Positions 20,190 to 30,325 of a stretch of 56,876 nt of DNA are shown piece after piece. A model generated the notes under the pieces. The model saw only the letters and a list, made by a program, of their open reading frames with translations, was not told where the DNA came from and did not search any database. A program made the translations under genes and the position numbers. Position 1 is the first letter of the stretch. Every line of letters starts with the position of its first letter. Origin of the DNA: a virus (Duplodnaviria > Caudoviricetes); the IMG/VR virus record IMGVR_UViG_3300013137_000001, positions 1 to 56,876 of that record, one strand, 5' to 3'.

Positions 20190-20746
20190 TATGTACCCTT
20201 TCTATATTTTATCGCATATATTCTTAATCTAATAGTTTGGCCGGTTGTATAAGCATAACCTATACGTATCCATAATTTTACTTTTAGCATATTATTCTGC
20301 CGAGCATCGAATGCATTATCTTGTCCACCTATACCTCCTTTCCCAACGGTTACCAAACCTTGACCATAGTATTTAAGTAATACTTTAGGAATAAAATTAT
20401 ACGTAGTTGTATCCGTAGGTAATTTATTACCTTCGGGACCAATTGCATATATTCCTGCTTCAAGATTCACATAATCATACGTTAATCCTTTTTCAACTAT
20501 TTGTGCTACAAATGTTACCGAATCACATCCTAACTGGAATGGCTCACTTTCACTTTGCCATGAATATCCTGCTGATGTTGTAGCTGCATAGCACTTAGAA
20601 TTTGATGGTACATAAGTATACGAAGAACTCCAATTTGAAAAAGTTATTTCTTTATCATACACTTTTTCTACCCAATACTTTTCATCCATAGCATAAACAT
20701 TATATGCCAATAAAAAAGCAATCAATATTAATAATATCTTCTTCAT
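20189..20746 (-). CDS. Beta-rich protein with N-terminal signal peptide
   Basis: MKKILLILIAFLLAYNVYA, VxA cleavage site. Confidence 0.65.
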   Translation of the reverse strand: MKKILLILIAFLLAYNVYAMDEKYWVEKVYDKEITFSNWSSSYTYVPSNSKCYAATTSAGYSWQSESEPFQLGCDSVTFVAQIVEKGLTYDYVNLEAGIYAIGPEGNKLPTDTTTYNFIPKVLLKYYGQGLVTVGKGGIGGQDNAFDARQNNMLKVKLWIRIGYAYTTGQTIRLRIYAIKYRKGT

Positions 20747-20748
20747 TT

Positions 20749-22335
20749 TTACCTCCCTACTGTAACTGCGTTGCTGAAATCAAGGATACAATGATATTTG
20801 CGGTATCTTCTTTTTAATCCGAACATACCGATAATTTGTTCCTTGTATAATTGTGAACCTGCTGCAGCTATTCCATTCTTTGAATTTCCACCATTGTCGG
20901 TAAAGTAATCCCATCCTTCATGTGTAACGGGTTCAAATGCATCGCTGTGTGTCAGGTCCAAACAAAGAATTTCGTTGCCAAAACCATTTTCTTCCATTAC
21001 CTGAGAAGATATAAGATGTATCTTACCTCCACTCATAAACAAAGTTGTAACTTCCATGTTAAAAGCCTTAGAAGCTTCTTTGTTATAAAACAAATGTTCA
21101 TTCCAGAACGATTTTCTCATTTCGGCATCCATCGTGATACCTGTAATGCCTACTCTTTCACTTCCTCCACCTAAACCAAATACTTTCTTGCCTAAATCGA
21201 GTATACCAGGCCACGTTATTGTCGGGTCTAAATATTTGATAATGTGATTAGCATCTTTGTATATAAATGGTCTTACTCCACCTTGTACATATTCTTCCTT
21301 GCCGGATATGCTATTAACCATCTTTCTGCCAAGTAGATTAGAATACTCTCTATCCCTTGTCATTTGTCTTTTGGTCATCCATTTCTGAGTTTCCCATGCA
21401 TTAAAACCGGTTCTTTGTTTAACGGCTTTATCTACAATATCGCTCTCAAGTGTTCTACTACAGCCATATTTGTATTCCTGAGTAAAATTCCTGTCTCTTG
21501 TTGGTAACTTATGGACACCATCGGGTGCCTGTGTACCTTCACGGAAAGTATTCGTACCCCTTAGGAGAATATCCCCGGAAATTATTCTTGCATATTCAAA
21601 ACCCGTGTGTCCCGTTCCACCTGCCGTTGTATTTGTAATACCATCCGCAGAATAAATCAATCCGCCAGGTAGTTTTCTTCCGCCGTCATCTTCTTCGCCG
21701 GGTCCCATATAGCATCTGTCGAGCCTAATCAGAGTATACCCTGAAGAATGACTATTTTCCGCTAATTTCTCGATTACTTTTACTTGTTCGTAATCCTCGA
21801 ACCAATAACCATCATCATCCAGTCCACGGGTTCTACTGAATCTAATTCCCGTAGGATGTCCACCAACATCATACCCCAAATCAGGTCCATAATTAGTTCC
21901 CTGTGAACCACCAGAAGCTGCTGCTACTTGTCCCGCTACCATATTTGTTTTTACGACAAGCGCATATACGCCCATCAAATACAAAACTTGATTAACTTGT
22001 ATTTCTGATGCTTGTGCATTTGTTACCGATATCCATTGGTCATAAGTATCAGTTGTTACTGCGTTTCCTGAACCTGAACCATGAATTACGGTATAATAAC
22101 GTTCTAATTCGTCAATTTCTCTTACGTTATAGAACCTATCTGCGACTTTTTCTTTAGTCGTGAATGGATGATTCTTATGTATCAAATAAGTAAATGCAGC
22201 TATATCCCTATCCAGGAATGTAAGCTTCGCACTTCTATCGCTACCATCACCTCTTAAATCTGCGGGAAAATTCCCGCCCGCTAGTAATCCTTCATAGATA
22301 TCATCTAGCTGCTTATTACTTGGTTGTGTTGCCAT
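20749..22335 (-). CDS. Major capsid protein (HK97-type, SU10/DUF5309-like)
   Basis: NFTQEYK, REYSNLLG, GGVRPFI pattern; portal-scaffold-capsid gene order. Confidence 0.85.
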   Translation of the reverse strand: MATQPSNKQLDDIYEGLLAGGNFPADLRGDGSDRSAKLTFLDRDIAAFTYLIHKNHPFTTKEKVADRFYNVREIDELERYYTVIHGSGSGNAVTTDTYDQWISVTNAQASEIQVNQVLYLMGVYALVVKTNMVAGQVAAASGGSQGTNYGPDLGYDVGGHPTGIRFSRTRGLDDDGYWFEDYEQVKVIEKLAENSHSSGYTLIRLDRCYMGPGEEDDGGRKLPGGLIYSADGITNTTAGGTGHTGFEYARIISGDILLRGTNTFREGTQAPDGVHKLPTRDRNFTQEYKYGCSRTLESDIVDKAVKQRTGFNAWETQKWMTKRQMTRDREYSNLLGRKMVNSISGKEEYVQGGVRPFIYKDANHIIKYLDPTITWPGILDLGKKVFGLGGGSERVGITGITMDAEMRKSFWNEHLFYNKEASKAFNMEVTTLFMSGGKIHLISSQVMEENGFGNEILCLDLTHSDAFEPVTHEGWDYFTDNGGNSKNGIAAAGSQLYKEQIIGMFGLKRRYRKYHCILDFSNAVTVGR

Positions 22336-22344
22336 TATATACCT

Positions 22345-23310
22345 CTATATATGTTTAATTAAATCGAGTGGGCTAACTCTTCCAAAACTCCCAAACTCGT
22401 TGTATTCTTCTTCTTTTACATCGTTTCTTTGAATAGGACGATGATTCATCGAAACATTATGTCTATTGCTTATTTCATTAACCAATCCTTTCTTGCCATC
22501 TTGTAATCCTTTTTTATACGCATCTTCCGTATATTCGTCAAAATATAACATCTTATGCATATCCAACATACTAATCTTGTTATTCTTCGCATATTCTATA
22601 GCATAATTGGCAAATTCACTATACTCACCAGGTTCTAATGTTTCCGCAAAATCATCATTATATTGCTTATTTAATTCTTCGAATATTTGTTCCTGACTAG
22701 GTGGTTTATTCGATTCTACCTGAGAATTAACGTAATCATTATGTTGCTTGATGTTTTCTATTAATTGTGTCTGTCTTTCGTACATTCTTTGAGATAACGT
22801 CCCTTTTATTCCCGCTTTCTCCTGGTCATAATTGTCTTTGTAATCTTCGCCAAATTCAGCCTTCATTCTATTAATTACTATATTAGCAATTTCTTCATCA
22901 TTATATCCTGCGTTAACTCTGTTTTTAACAAGATAATCAGGTGCATATATTTTTATATATTCCTCGGGATTACCACTTTCTACCAAATTTTTTACTGCTC
23001 TTAATTTTTCATATTCTTTATCTTCGTTTATTAAGTCATCGGAGTACTTATTGCGATAATATTCATGTGCAGATTCGCTATCTAAATGCTCCATTAGTTT
23101 TATATAATGCTCTTTATAAAAAGATAATTCATCTTCCGGCTTTTCAAATGCTTCAGGTGGCACAAATTCATCAGGTATGTAAGAAGGAACTTCGTAATCT
23201 TCGTATTCTTCCTGTTGTTCTTGATTTTCCTGAAATTCTTCGTCATCGAGATTTTCATCTGTTATTTCTTCATTATCGGTATAATCATTATCTTCAAATT
23301 CTTCTTCCAT
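22345..23310 (-). CDS. Capsid scaffolding protein
   Basis: Highly acidic helical 321 aa directly upstream of capsid. Confidence 0.75.
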   Translation of the reverse strand: MEEEFEDNDYTDNEEITDENLDDEEFQENQEQQEEYEDYEVPSYIPDEFVPPEAFEKPEDELSFYKEHYIKLMEHLDSESAHEYYRNKYSDDLINEDKEYEKLRAVKNLVESGNPEEYIKIYAPDYLVKNRVNAGYNDEEIANIVINRMKAEFGEDYKDNYDQEKAGIKGTLSQRMYERQTQLIENIKQHNDYVNSQVESNKPPSQEQIFEELNKQYNDDFAETLEPGEYSEFANYAIEYAKNNKISMLDMHKMLYFDEYTEDAYKKGLQDGKKGLVNEISNRHNVSMNHRPIQRNDVKEEEYNEFGSFGRVSPLDLIKHI

Positions 23311-23469
23311 TTTTTATCCTATTTTTTTACTTTAATAACCCTTCTTTTCTTTTTCTTATAATCAATATCATAGAACTCATAATTACCTTTTTTATCAGTT
23401 CTAGTAACTTCTGTTTTCTTTTTATCCGAGTATTTCCCAGGTATAAATATTCCTGTTGCCATATATCAC

Positions 23470-23841
23470 CTATTTTTTTATTGCTGCCACATTTGATTTC
23501 TTGTTTTTATCTTTTTTCGCTACATTCTTGAACTTCGGTAACTTTGAATTTCTTTCTGAATAAGCATTTGCCTGTAAAGCACTTTTTGCTTTTGCTTCAG
23601 TTGCTTCTTTATTTGCTTTATCAGCTTTATCTTGCTTATCCCATTCAATTTGTGCGTTTGACTTATATGGCGAAGGATAAACAGAATGCGAGCCACCAGG
23701 TTCATACATTAAAGAATCTACATTTCTTTCTTCTTGTGGAATATCCCTTATTGGTTTCATAGATCTTAATGAGTAATTATTTTCTTTTCCCGGATATTCA
23801 GGTCTTTTTTTATTAGTTATTTTTTCTTTTGGTTCTGACAT
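23470..23841 (-). CDS. Basic hypothetical protein
   Basis: 123 aa, Lys-rich, between portal and scaffold. Confidence 0.6.
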   Translation of the reverse strand: MSEPKEKITNKKRPEYPGKENNYSLRSMKPIRDIPQEERNVDSLMYEPGGSHSVYPSPYKSNAQIEWDKQDKADKANKEATEAKAKSALQANAYSERNSKLPKFKNVAKKDKNKKSNVAAIKK

Positions 23842-23842
23842 T

Positions 23843-26110
23843 TTATACCTCTTCTTCAGTAGTAATTAAATTATTAATATTAGTTTCCATTAATTCTTTA
23901 GGAATAGGAGTATTCTCCATTTCGTTTTCTATCTCCATTTGCGATTGCATAATGGAATTAGTTGCTTTATTTGCTGCGTTATCTACGTTGTTCTTTACCT
24001 GCATCTGCTGCATATTGTTTTCTGCTGCGCTTACCTGTCCCTGTAATTCCTCATTTTGCTGTTGTAACTGTTGTAACTGAGATTGTAAATTACGTATAAT
24101 ATCTATTTCTTCTGCCATTTTATCAGCCTCGGGAACATCTTGCATTTTTAACATATATTGCGTATATAGTGATTTCAGAGCGTCATCGGATACCGTTTGT
24201 GTAATAAATGCTAATAACTGCATACTTAATTGTCTTGTGGTCGGAAGCGAAGAAGTCATTTCTACTCGTACCTTAAATTGCAGATCTTCGGTACTATTCA
24301 TGAGTTTTACCTCTTGTTCATCTCCGTTTTCATCGAAGTATTTTAAAACTTTATCTCTTGGAGCATATGCTTGTATATAGGCAATAATTACGTAAGCAAG
24401 ATTTTCCATGCTGTTCTCGAGATTTCTTGCATATAATTTTATTCGCTGTGTACCAAAGGATTGTAATGATTGTGTTGCTCCAAAAGTTTCTGGTGCCTGA
24501 CTTGTGTCTCCTTGCATAACTCCATATATACCCGTTACATATTCTATAAGTTGCTTATAATAATCAAGCATGTAAGTAATTGATTGATTAATCGGTGATG
24601 GCTCGAGTATATAAGGTTTCCCACCGTCAGGATCGTCAGGTACAGATTTTGTTTTAATCAGTTTACCGGGTACAGGCCAATCTTCTTCTAATCTCGAAGG
24701 ATCAACTAAGCTTTTTTCATTGATAAATCCTTTCCTATGACCATTGACAGCTATATCATACATTATTTCAGATATATACTTATTTTGCGCTTTAACTATA
24801 TCCATAATCAAATGAGTATTTCCAAATACTCTGTTTGGACTCCCAAAATGCAAAAAAGGAAAATTAACAATAGGATACCTGTCAATAGGTAATATTTTCT
24901 TTTCAACAACTTGACTTCCTACCATTAAAGTATAATGTATCCTTTTCTTAATACTTCTTACTATATTAAGCGAAATAGCCTTGATAGGTTTTTTTGATTC
25001 TCCCTCTATTTCCATTTCAAAAGCAGGAATAACATCTTCCATCTCATTGTATATTTGCTCCATCTCGGCTATAGATTGCAATGCTTGCTCGGTTTTAACG
25101 ACATTCGCCATTATGTTCTGATTTTGCATCGTGTCACCCTGTAACTGATTTGTCTGCTCTTCCTGGTCAACCGGATATTCGCCTTCTTCGTTAGAAAAGT
25201 TTTTGGTATTTACTTCGGTATCAAGATTTTGTTGATCTTGTTGCAATTGCATTTTCATATTTTGCAACATTTGACCAAGTTTCATCTTTTCAGGATTTGG
25301 TATTTCGATACTATCAGGTCTCTTAGTAGAGATAATAACGCCTTTAGTATCGATGTCAGTACCCAAATATACATTTTTATCTTTCTTTTCATAAAACTCT
25401 TTAATCCATATATACTTAGTTAAATCGTCTTTCTTTTTTCCACCAAAGACAGTAAAATCATTTGCTAAATCCTCTACATCAGGTATTCCCTGGTCAGCAG
25501 TTTTTTCGGTATCAGGTATCTTGATATCATATCTATCTTCTGCTTTTGCAATTCTCATTACATCCATTAAACCCATGTACTCAGCATCGGAATAATCCCA
25601 TATCCTGCTTTCAGGATCCACAAAGAAATGTTTCCAATTCCTATATTCAGCTACTACATTTGTTGTTGCTTCATCTTCATGAAAAGCAGGTCTCACATGT
25701 ATTATTCCCTCGCCTGGACCTAGACTATCCCTGATAACATTGTTTATTGCTCTATTTAACTTGCTTTCATACCATACACAATGATATGCTTTTTGCATCG
25801 CATAAACCCATTCTTTTTGGGATTCTTCTACTGACAATAATCTTGCGAAAGGTTTGTTACTCGTTAAGAATGCAAGCATTTGCTCATTAATTGCAAATGT
25901 CATCTTGGTACTCACGGGTATATTGTAAGTTTCCCTGATTTTCTTTTTTTGCATAGAGTCAAATTGAGAACGAGTTCTCTTTACATCATTGTAATAAAAC
26001 TCTTCACATTCTTTTTTGTAATTGCGACTACCTGTGTTTCTCTGAGCATTTATTGCTATTTCAAACAACTTTTCTAATCGCTTTACTTCATTTGGCTTAT
26101 CAGTACTCAT
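23843..26110 (-). CDS. Portal protein (P22-like)
   Basis: FFVDP, YPIVNF, AQNKYIS, EYVTGI..VMQG, Gln-rich C-terminal coiled coil. Confidence 0.9.
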   Translation of the reverse strand: MSTDKPNEVKRLEKLFEIAINAQRNTGSRNYKKECEEFYYNDVKRTRSQFDSMQKKKIRETYNIPVSTKMTFAINEQMLAFLTSNKPFARLLSVEESQKEWVYAMQKAYHCVWYESKLNRAINNVIRDSLGPGEGIIHVRPAFHEDEATTNVVAEYRNWKHFFVDPESRIWDYSDAEYMGLMDVMRIAKAEDRYDIKIPDTEKTADQGIPDVEDLANDFTVFGGKKKDDLTKYIWIKEFYEKKDKNVYLGTDIDTKGVIISTKRPDSIEIPNPEKMKLGQMLQNMKMQLQQDQQNLDTEVNTKNFSNEEGEYPVDQEEQTNQLQGDTMQNQNIMANVVKTEQALQSIAEMEQIYNEMEDVIPAFEMEIEGESKKPIKAISLNIVRSIKKRIHYTLMVGSQVVEKKILPIDRYPIVNFPFLHFGSPNRVFGNTHLIMDIVKAQNKYISEIMYDIAVNGHRKGFINEKSLVDPSRLEEDWPVPGKLIKTKSVPDDPDGGKPYILEPSPINQSITYMLDYYKQLIEYVTGIYGVMQGDTSQAPETFGATQSLQSFGTQRIKLYARNLENSMENLAYVIIAYIQAYAPRDKVLKYFDENGDEQEVKLMNSTEDLQFKVRVEMTSSLPTTRQLSMQLLAFITQTVSDDALKSLYTQYMLKMQDVPEADKMAEEIDIIRNLQSQLQQLQQQNEELQGQVSAAENNMQQMQVKNNVDNAANKATNSIMQSQMEIENEMENTPIPKELMETNINNLITTEEEV

Positions 26111-26144
26111 TTTCTATTTTTGTACTGAGTTCATACATCCAATA

Positions 26145-26176
26145 CAAAAATATATATATTTTCATTAATATCCAAA
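26145..26176 (-). promoter_or_regulatory. Bacteroidota-type housekeeping promoter for the structural operon
   Basis: TTTG-N20-TATTTTTG matches the TTTG-N19-21-TAnnTTTG consensus, 35 nt upstream of the portal ATG. Confidence 0.7.
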
Positions 26177-26177
26177 T

Positions 26178-26208
26178 AAAAAAAAAAGGGTACATAAAAG
26201 TACCCTTT
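26178..26208 (-). terminator. Intrinsic terminator ending the replication operon
   Basis: AAAGGGTAC-TTTTAT-GTACCCTTT followed by a T run on the minus strand. Confidence 0.85.
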
Positions 26209-26211
26209 GTG

Positions 26212-26409
26212 TCAATCAAACATTTTGTTAAGGATGGAAACAGTTTTGTTTTCTATATAATATTCGCAATCTTCTTTTCCATTACCTTCTATCCATCCAT
26301 CAAACCATGTAGGTTTTTTGTAAACATTGATTCTCAAGCAATTAAGTTTACATTTGTAATCTATTTTACATGCGAGAATACTTTCACTATTTTGTTCTTC
26401 TGTAGTCAT
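26212..26409 (-). CDS. Small Cys-containing hypothetical protein
   Basis: 65 aa, C..C...CLR...CEYY. Confidence 0.55.
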   Translation of the reverse strand: MTTEEQNSESILACKIDYKCKLNCLRINVYKKPTWFDGWIEGNGKEDCEYYIENKTVSILNKMFD

Positions 26410-27751
26410 TTATGTATTTAACCATTTTTGGGTATTCGGTTTCATCAGGTTCCGTGAATTTACATCTTTCATAATCGGCAATAAGTGGCATTGTTATCAT
26501 TTTTCCCTCTCTTACCTTTTGTGTTATCAAATAAAACCAATAATCTTTAGCTACAAGACTATCCGGATAATGTTTGATAGGATAAAATATACTGAATAAC
26601 CATGAACTCAATTGTTTTAATCCTTTTCCCCATTCTAAGTCAGAAGGATAAGGTATCACATTTTTCCTGTAATCCATATTAATTCCATGTTTTACCTGGC
26701 TCAAAACAACTCCGAATGTATTTGTATCATTTAACATAGTTTTCATTGTCTTATATTCTTTTCTCATACTTTCATCGTCAATCACTCCTTTCTTTGGTTC
26801 TAACATCGTAGCAAAATCAAGAATCCAAAAGTCACATTTTTCATGGTCTATTATCTGATACATATCGTTTACATCACTAAATTGATCAGGAGAAATAACT
26901 TTTAGTCTTTTATTCACATTTACATCCTCGTCATTACTATCATATTTTGACTTAAGTAAATCAAGAACTTCCTGTGCATTTTTAAGTTTGTCTGATTCAT
27001 TTTCTAAACTCGAATTCTTTATTAACCTGCTCTTCTCTATGTCCAATAGTCTGCACAATATTCTTCTTCCAATATCATCAGATGCTGTCTCTTTTTCAAA
27101 ATATATACATTTAAAATCCCTATTTTTCTCAAGTATCTTGTGACACATATCAATACTAAACATTGTTTTCATAGTTCCACTGTCTCCGACAATTGTACAT
27201 AAATTCCTTTTCATAAAACCTCCAAGATTTTCATCTATAGCTTTATATCCAGATAAAAATGTATTACTGTTTGTTATTGAGCGTTTCATCAGCGAATAAG
27301 TATCCTGTATTCCTACTTTACTGTAAAAATTGATTTCTTTCAGTAACTCAACTCCCGCATTTTCTTGCTCTGCTTCAAATAATTCCAATGCTTGTTTTGT
27401 TTTCTTTATCTTTTGGGATAACCTACTCTTTTTTCTTAAGTATCCCGAGGATATCTCAAACTCCTTTTGTAAATCCTCCACTACGAGATTTTTCACTAAA
27501 GACATATTGTCAAAGAGTTTCCTTATGTGATACTGAGGAACTATATCACCAAATACATTATTTTCTAATCCATGTACTATATCAATATAAGTTGGCGGTG
27601 TTCCCTTGATTTTATAGTGTTTTCTTGTATATTTTATGAGTTCATTGTTATCTTGTGATTCTATTGTTTGTACACCTATTTTTTCAATATAATTTGGGTA
27701 ACACAGGCACACCATAGTTACCCAATCTTCTATTTCCTTTTGTGTTTCCAT
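26387..27751 (-). CDS. DnaB-like (SF4) replicative helicase
   Basis: SGYKAIDENLGG, Walker A GDSGTMKT, YFEKE, ILDF, LSQV, KVR. Confidence 0.85.
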   Translation of the reverse strand: METQKEIEDWVTMVCLCYPNYIEKIGVQTIESQDNNELIKYTRKHYKIKGTPPTYIDIVHGLENNVFGDIVPQYHIRKLFDNMSLVKNLVVEDLQKEFEISSGYLRKKSRLSQKIKKTKQALELFEAEQENAGVELLKEINFYSKVGIQDTYSLMKRSITNSNTFLSGYKAIDENLGGFMKRNLCTIVGDSGTMKTMFSIDMCHKILEKNRDFKCIYFEKETASDDIGRRILCRLLDIEKSRLIKNSSLENESDKLKNAQEVLDLLKSKYDSNDEDVNVNKRLKVISPDQFSDVNDMYQIIDHEKCDFWILDFATMLEPKKGVIDDESMRKEYKTMKTMLNDTNTFGVVLSQVKHGINMDYRKNVIPYPSDLEWGKGLKQLSSWLFSIFYPIKHYPDSLVAKDYWFYLITQKVREGKMITMPLIADYERCKFTEPDETEYPKMVKYINDYRRTK

Positions 27752-27760
27752 GTTTTACAT

Positions 27761-28807
27761 TTAAAATGGTGGATCATCTTCTTCTTTCTCTTCCCCTTCT
27801 CCATATAAAGCGGTTTTCATCTTTTCCTTAAAATCTTTTTCCTCTTTTTCATATTTTTTCTTTTTTTCTCCTAATGACTTTTTTATCATATTTACTATTT
27901 TTATATTTTCTTCCGTAGGTAATTCTGTGTTCAATGTAGAAAATATCTCGGTAATCTTGTTTTTCCAGTCGCAATCACCTATACCAATTATATTAAAATA
28001 TTTCCTGTTCTCAGGATTATCAATACAACCCCTACCTATCATGCCTATTCCAGGTTTCAAATATTCAAAGAATCTCTTGTTATCCCCTAATCTACAGAGC
28101 AACAATCGACTACTGACTATATTAAGCAAATAATCTTTTCTTTCTTGTTCCGTTGCATTTTCCCATTCGGTTAATAAATTCGCCCAATCCTTTTTTCTTT
28201 TTTCCTCTGCTTCAATAAGATCAGAATAAATATCTTCTTCACCTTTAGGTATATTATCGGCAGTAATATATTCCCTTGAATCTTCACTGATTTTTTGTTT
28301 AACAACGTTAACTGCGGGATAAAAACTCTCTGATGTAGACCAGAAACCACCTATTTTAGGTTTACCGTTGATGCATTCGGCAAAGCCACACTTTCTGTGA
28401 TTTGGCATATCAGCGTATTTCCACCCTGATTTAGACTTTGCTTCATAATGTTGCTTAGGTGTCATTTGTATAAAAGTTGATATAATCGAATAAGCAGGTG
28501 CTACCATATCTTCACCGGAATAGGTGAAGGTATTTTTCCCCGTTGTATTCTTATCTTCGGTATATTTAACATTTCTTCTTAAAACAGCCAAAGTAACCTG
28601 TAATCCACCGTCTCTATAAGTGGGCTTCTTTGGTTCATATTCTTTGCCAAAACTGTTAGCTTCTTCTCTTATTTTAACATTTTCTGACTTTAGTTTATCA
28701 AGATAATTTTTTGGTAAACCTATATCAATAATAATGTAATCCACTATTTCGCCATGTTTGAGATTATTACTAGTCCCTGCATTGTTAATAAAATTTGGTA
28801 ACGCCAT
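27761..28807 (-). CDS. Putative ssDNA-binding/replication protein
   Basis: Acidic tail ending EDDPPF; lies between annealase and helicase. Confidence 0.5.
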   Translation of the reverse strand: MALPNFINNAGTSNNLKHGEIVDYIIIDIGLPKNYLDKLKSENVKIREEANSFGKEYEPKKPTYRDGGLQVTLAVLRRNVKYTEDKNTTGKNTFTYSGEDMVAPAYSIISTFIQMTPKQHYEAKSKSGWKYADMPNHRKCGFAECINGKPKIGGFWSTSESFYPAVNVVKQKISEDSREYITADNIPKGEEDIYSDLIEAEEKRKKDWANLLTEWENATEQERKDYLLNIVSSRLLLCRLGDNKRFFEYLKPGIGMIGRGCIDNPENRKYFNIIGIGDCDWKNKITEIFSTLNTELPTEENIKIVNMIKKSLGEKKKKYEKEEKDFKEKMKTALYGEGEEKEEDDPPF

Positions 28808-28808
28808 A

Positions 28809-29465
28809 CTATAATTCTCCTAATAATTCATTAATTCTTTGTATAGTTATATTTCCTCTAAAATAACTGATTAGCACTTTAGCTACATTATCGAAATTAA
28901 ATTTGTGTTTTTCTTCTAATGCTTTTTCGATTAATACGGGAAATACTTCGTTAAATAGTTTGTCTATTTCATTTGAATATTCTTCGAATACTTCATCCGC
29001 ATATAAATCATTAAATCCTCCTAATCTCGCTACACACCTTTTAAACGCATCAGTTTCTGCCACTTTCCAATAATCAAGAGCAACAATACCTGTACCATCT
29101 TTTTTGGTATTGATTTCTACATTACCCGCAGCCATCATGATTCTCATAAGCCCATTAGGTTCATATACTGTAAGTTTACCGATGCAATTAATGCTTCCGG
29201 CATTTTCCCTGAAACTTTCAGGAACAACTTCAAAACTCCATCCGGGATAGTTCTCATCAAGCCACATAGCCGCACTTCCCCATTTAATATAACTAAAAAG
29301 CTTCTTTTTGCCATCTATCTTAGCACCTTTATCTACCTGGAATACTTTGGATAAATCAGTTTTAGTCAATCTTAGCTGTTTCGATCTCTCCGATATTTCT
29401 TTTAGTGTTATCGTCATATTCCGAGTAATGTCCTCTTGATTCATCTTGATTATTTCTCGCTTCAT
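28809..29465 (-). CDS. Rad52/Sak-like single-strand annealing protein
   Basis: SYIKW, WSFEV, AETDAFKRC..RLG...DLY; start uncertain (29465/29444/29417). Confidence 0.8.
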   Translation of the reverse strand: MKREIIKMNQEDITRNMTITLKEISERSKQLRLTKTDLSKVFQVDKGAKIDGKKKLFSYIKWGSAAMWLDENYPGWSFEVVPESFRENAGSINCIGKLTVYEPNGLMRIMMAAGNVEINTKKDGTGIVALDYWKVAETDAFKRCVARLGGFNDLYADEVFEEYSNEIDKLFNEVFPVLIEKALEEKHKFNFDNVAKVLISYFRGNITIQRINELLGEL

Positions 29466-30111
29466 TTTCTTCCTTATATATTTCCAATAATTTCTCGAAT
29501 CTCTCAATTTCCTTATTTATTTCATTGTTTATATATTCTACCATCGTATCCGGATAATTATCTTTATCTTCTATATTTTCCTTAGCTAAAAGATAATTAA
29601 TTAAAGCAAGATATTTTATTGCTTTCCTTGGTTGCAGAGTATATGCGTATTTGAGTACATATGGCAAATGGAAATTGAAGTCTTTCACTTTTTCCGTATA
29701 TTGATATTCTTTCAAAAGATAATAGTATCCTTTCCAATGATTAAATTCGGCTCTATTATCTACTCGTCTTCTATATTCAGGTGATATACCACCAGTCCTT
29801 TTTATCCCTAATTCATTTTCTTCACCTTCGTTTTTTAATGAAAAATCTTCTTTTGGATTTACTTTACCTTTCGCTATTGCCTTTTTCCATACTTCAATAT
29901 CTGAGGGAATGGGGTTATCTGCTCTAACCCTATCCCCTACTATACTTATGATTTCAAGCTTTTTATTTAGTACTAATGGAGCAAAATCTTTCTCGATTAA
30001 TTTTAGACTAGTTGTAATATCAGCAAAATAATTGTATTTTTTCAGTTCTTTCTTAATAAGACTAATTGACTTTTGAGGAACTGTTTTCGATATACTTCTT
30101 GATTTCTTCAT
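29362..30111 (-). CDS. Hypothetical protein in replication module
   Basis: 249 aa ORF overlapping both neighbours. Confidence 0.6.
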   Translation of the reverse strand: MKKSRSISKTVPQKSISLIKKELKKYNYFADITTSLKLIEKDFAPLVLNKKLEIISIVGDRVRADNPIPSDIEVWKKAIAKGKVNPKEDFSLKNEGEENELGIKRTGGISPEYRRRVDNRAEFNHWKGYYYLLKEYQYTEKVKDFNFHLPYVLKYAYTLQPRKAIKYLALINYLLAKENIEDKDNYPDTMVEYINNEINKEIERFEKLLEIYKEENEARNNQDESRGHYSEYDDNTKRNIGEIETAKID

Positions 30112-30325
30112 TTATTTCCTGTGATATATTTAAGAATTTCTTTATTTTATTTCTCCTTACTATCTTTAAGTATTTACCATTATCCCACATCAACAATATA
30201 AGGAAAGCCGTGCTGCCTCTGATTAATTCAAAAGCCAATTTTTCATAATCACTTGATTCATTTACACCCTTGCTTGCACATGAATACAATTCCTGCAATT
30301 TTTCTATTGTTTCTTTATATGTCAT
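30062..30325 (-). CDS. Hypothetical protein
   Basis: 87 aa, GGAG SD. Confidence 0.6.
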   Translation of the reverse strand: MTYKETIEKLQELYSCASKGVNESSDYEKLAFELIRGSTAFLILLMWDNGKYLKIVRRNKIKKFLNISQEINEEIKKYIENSSSKVN

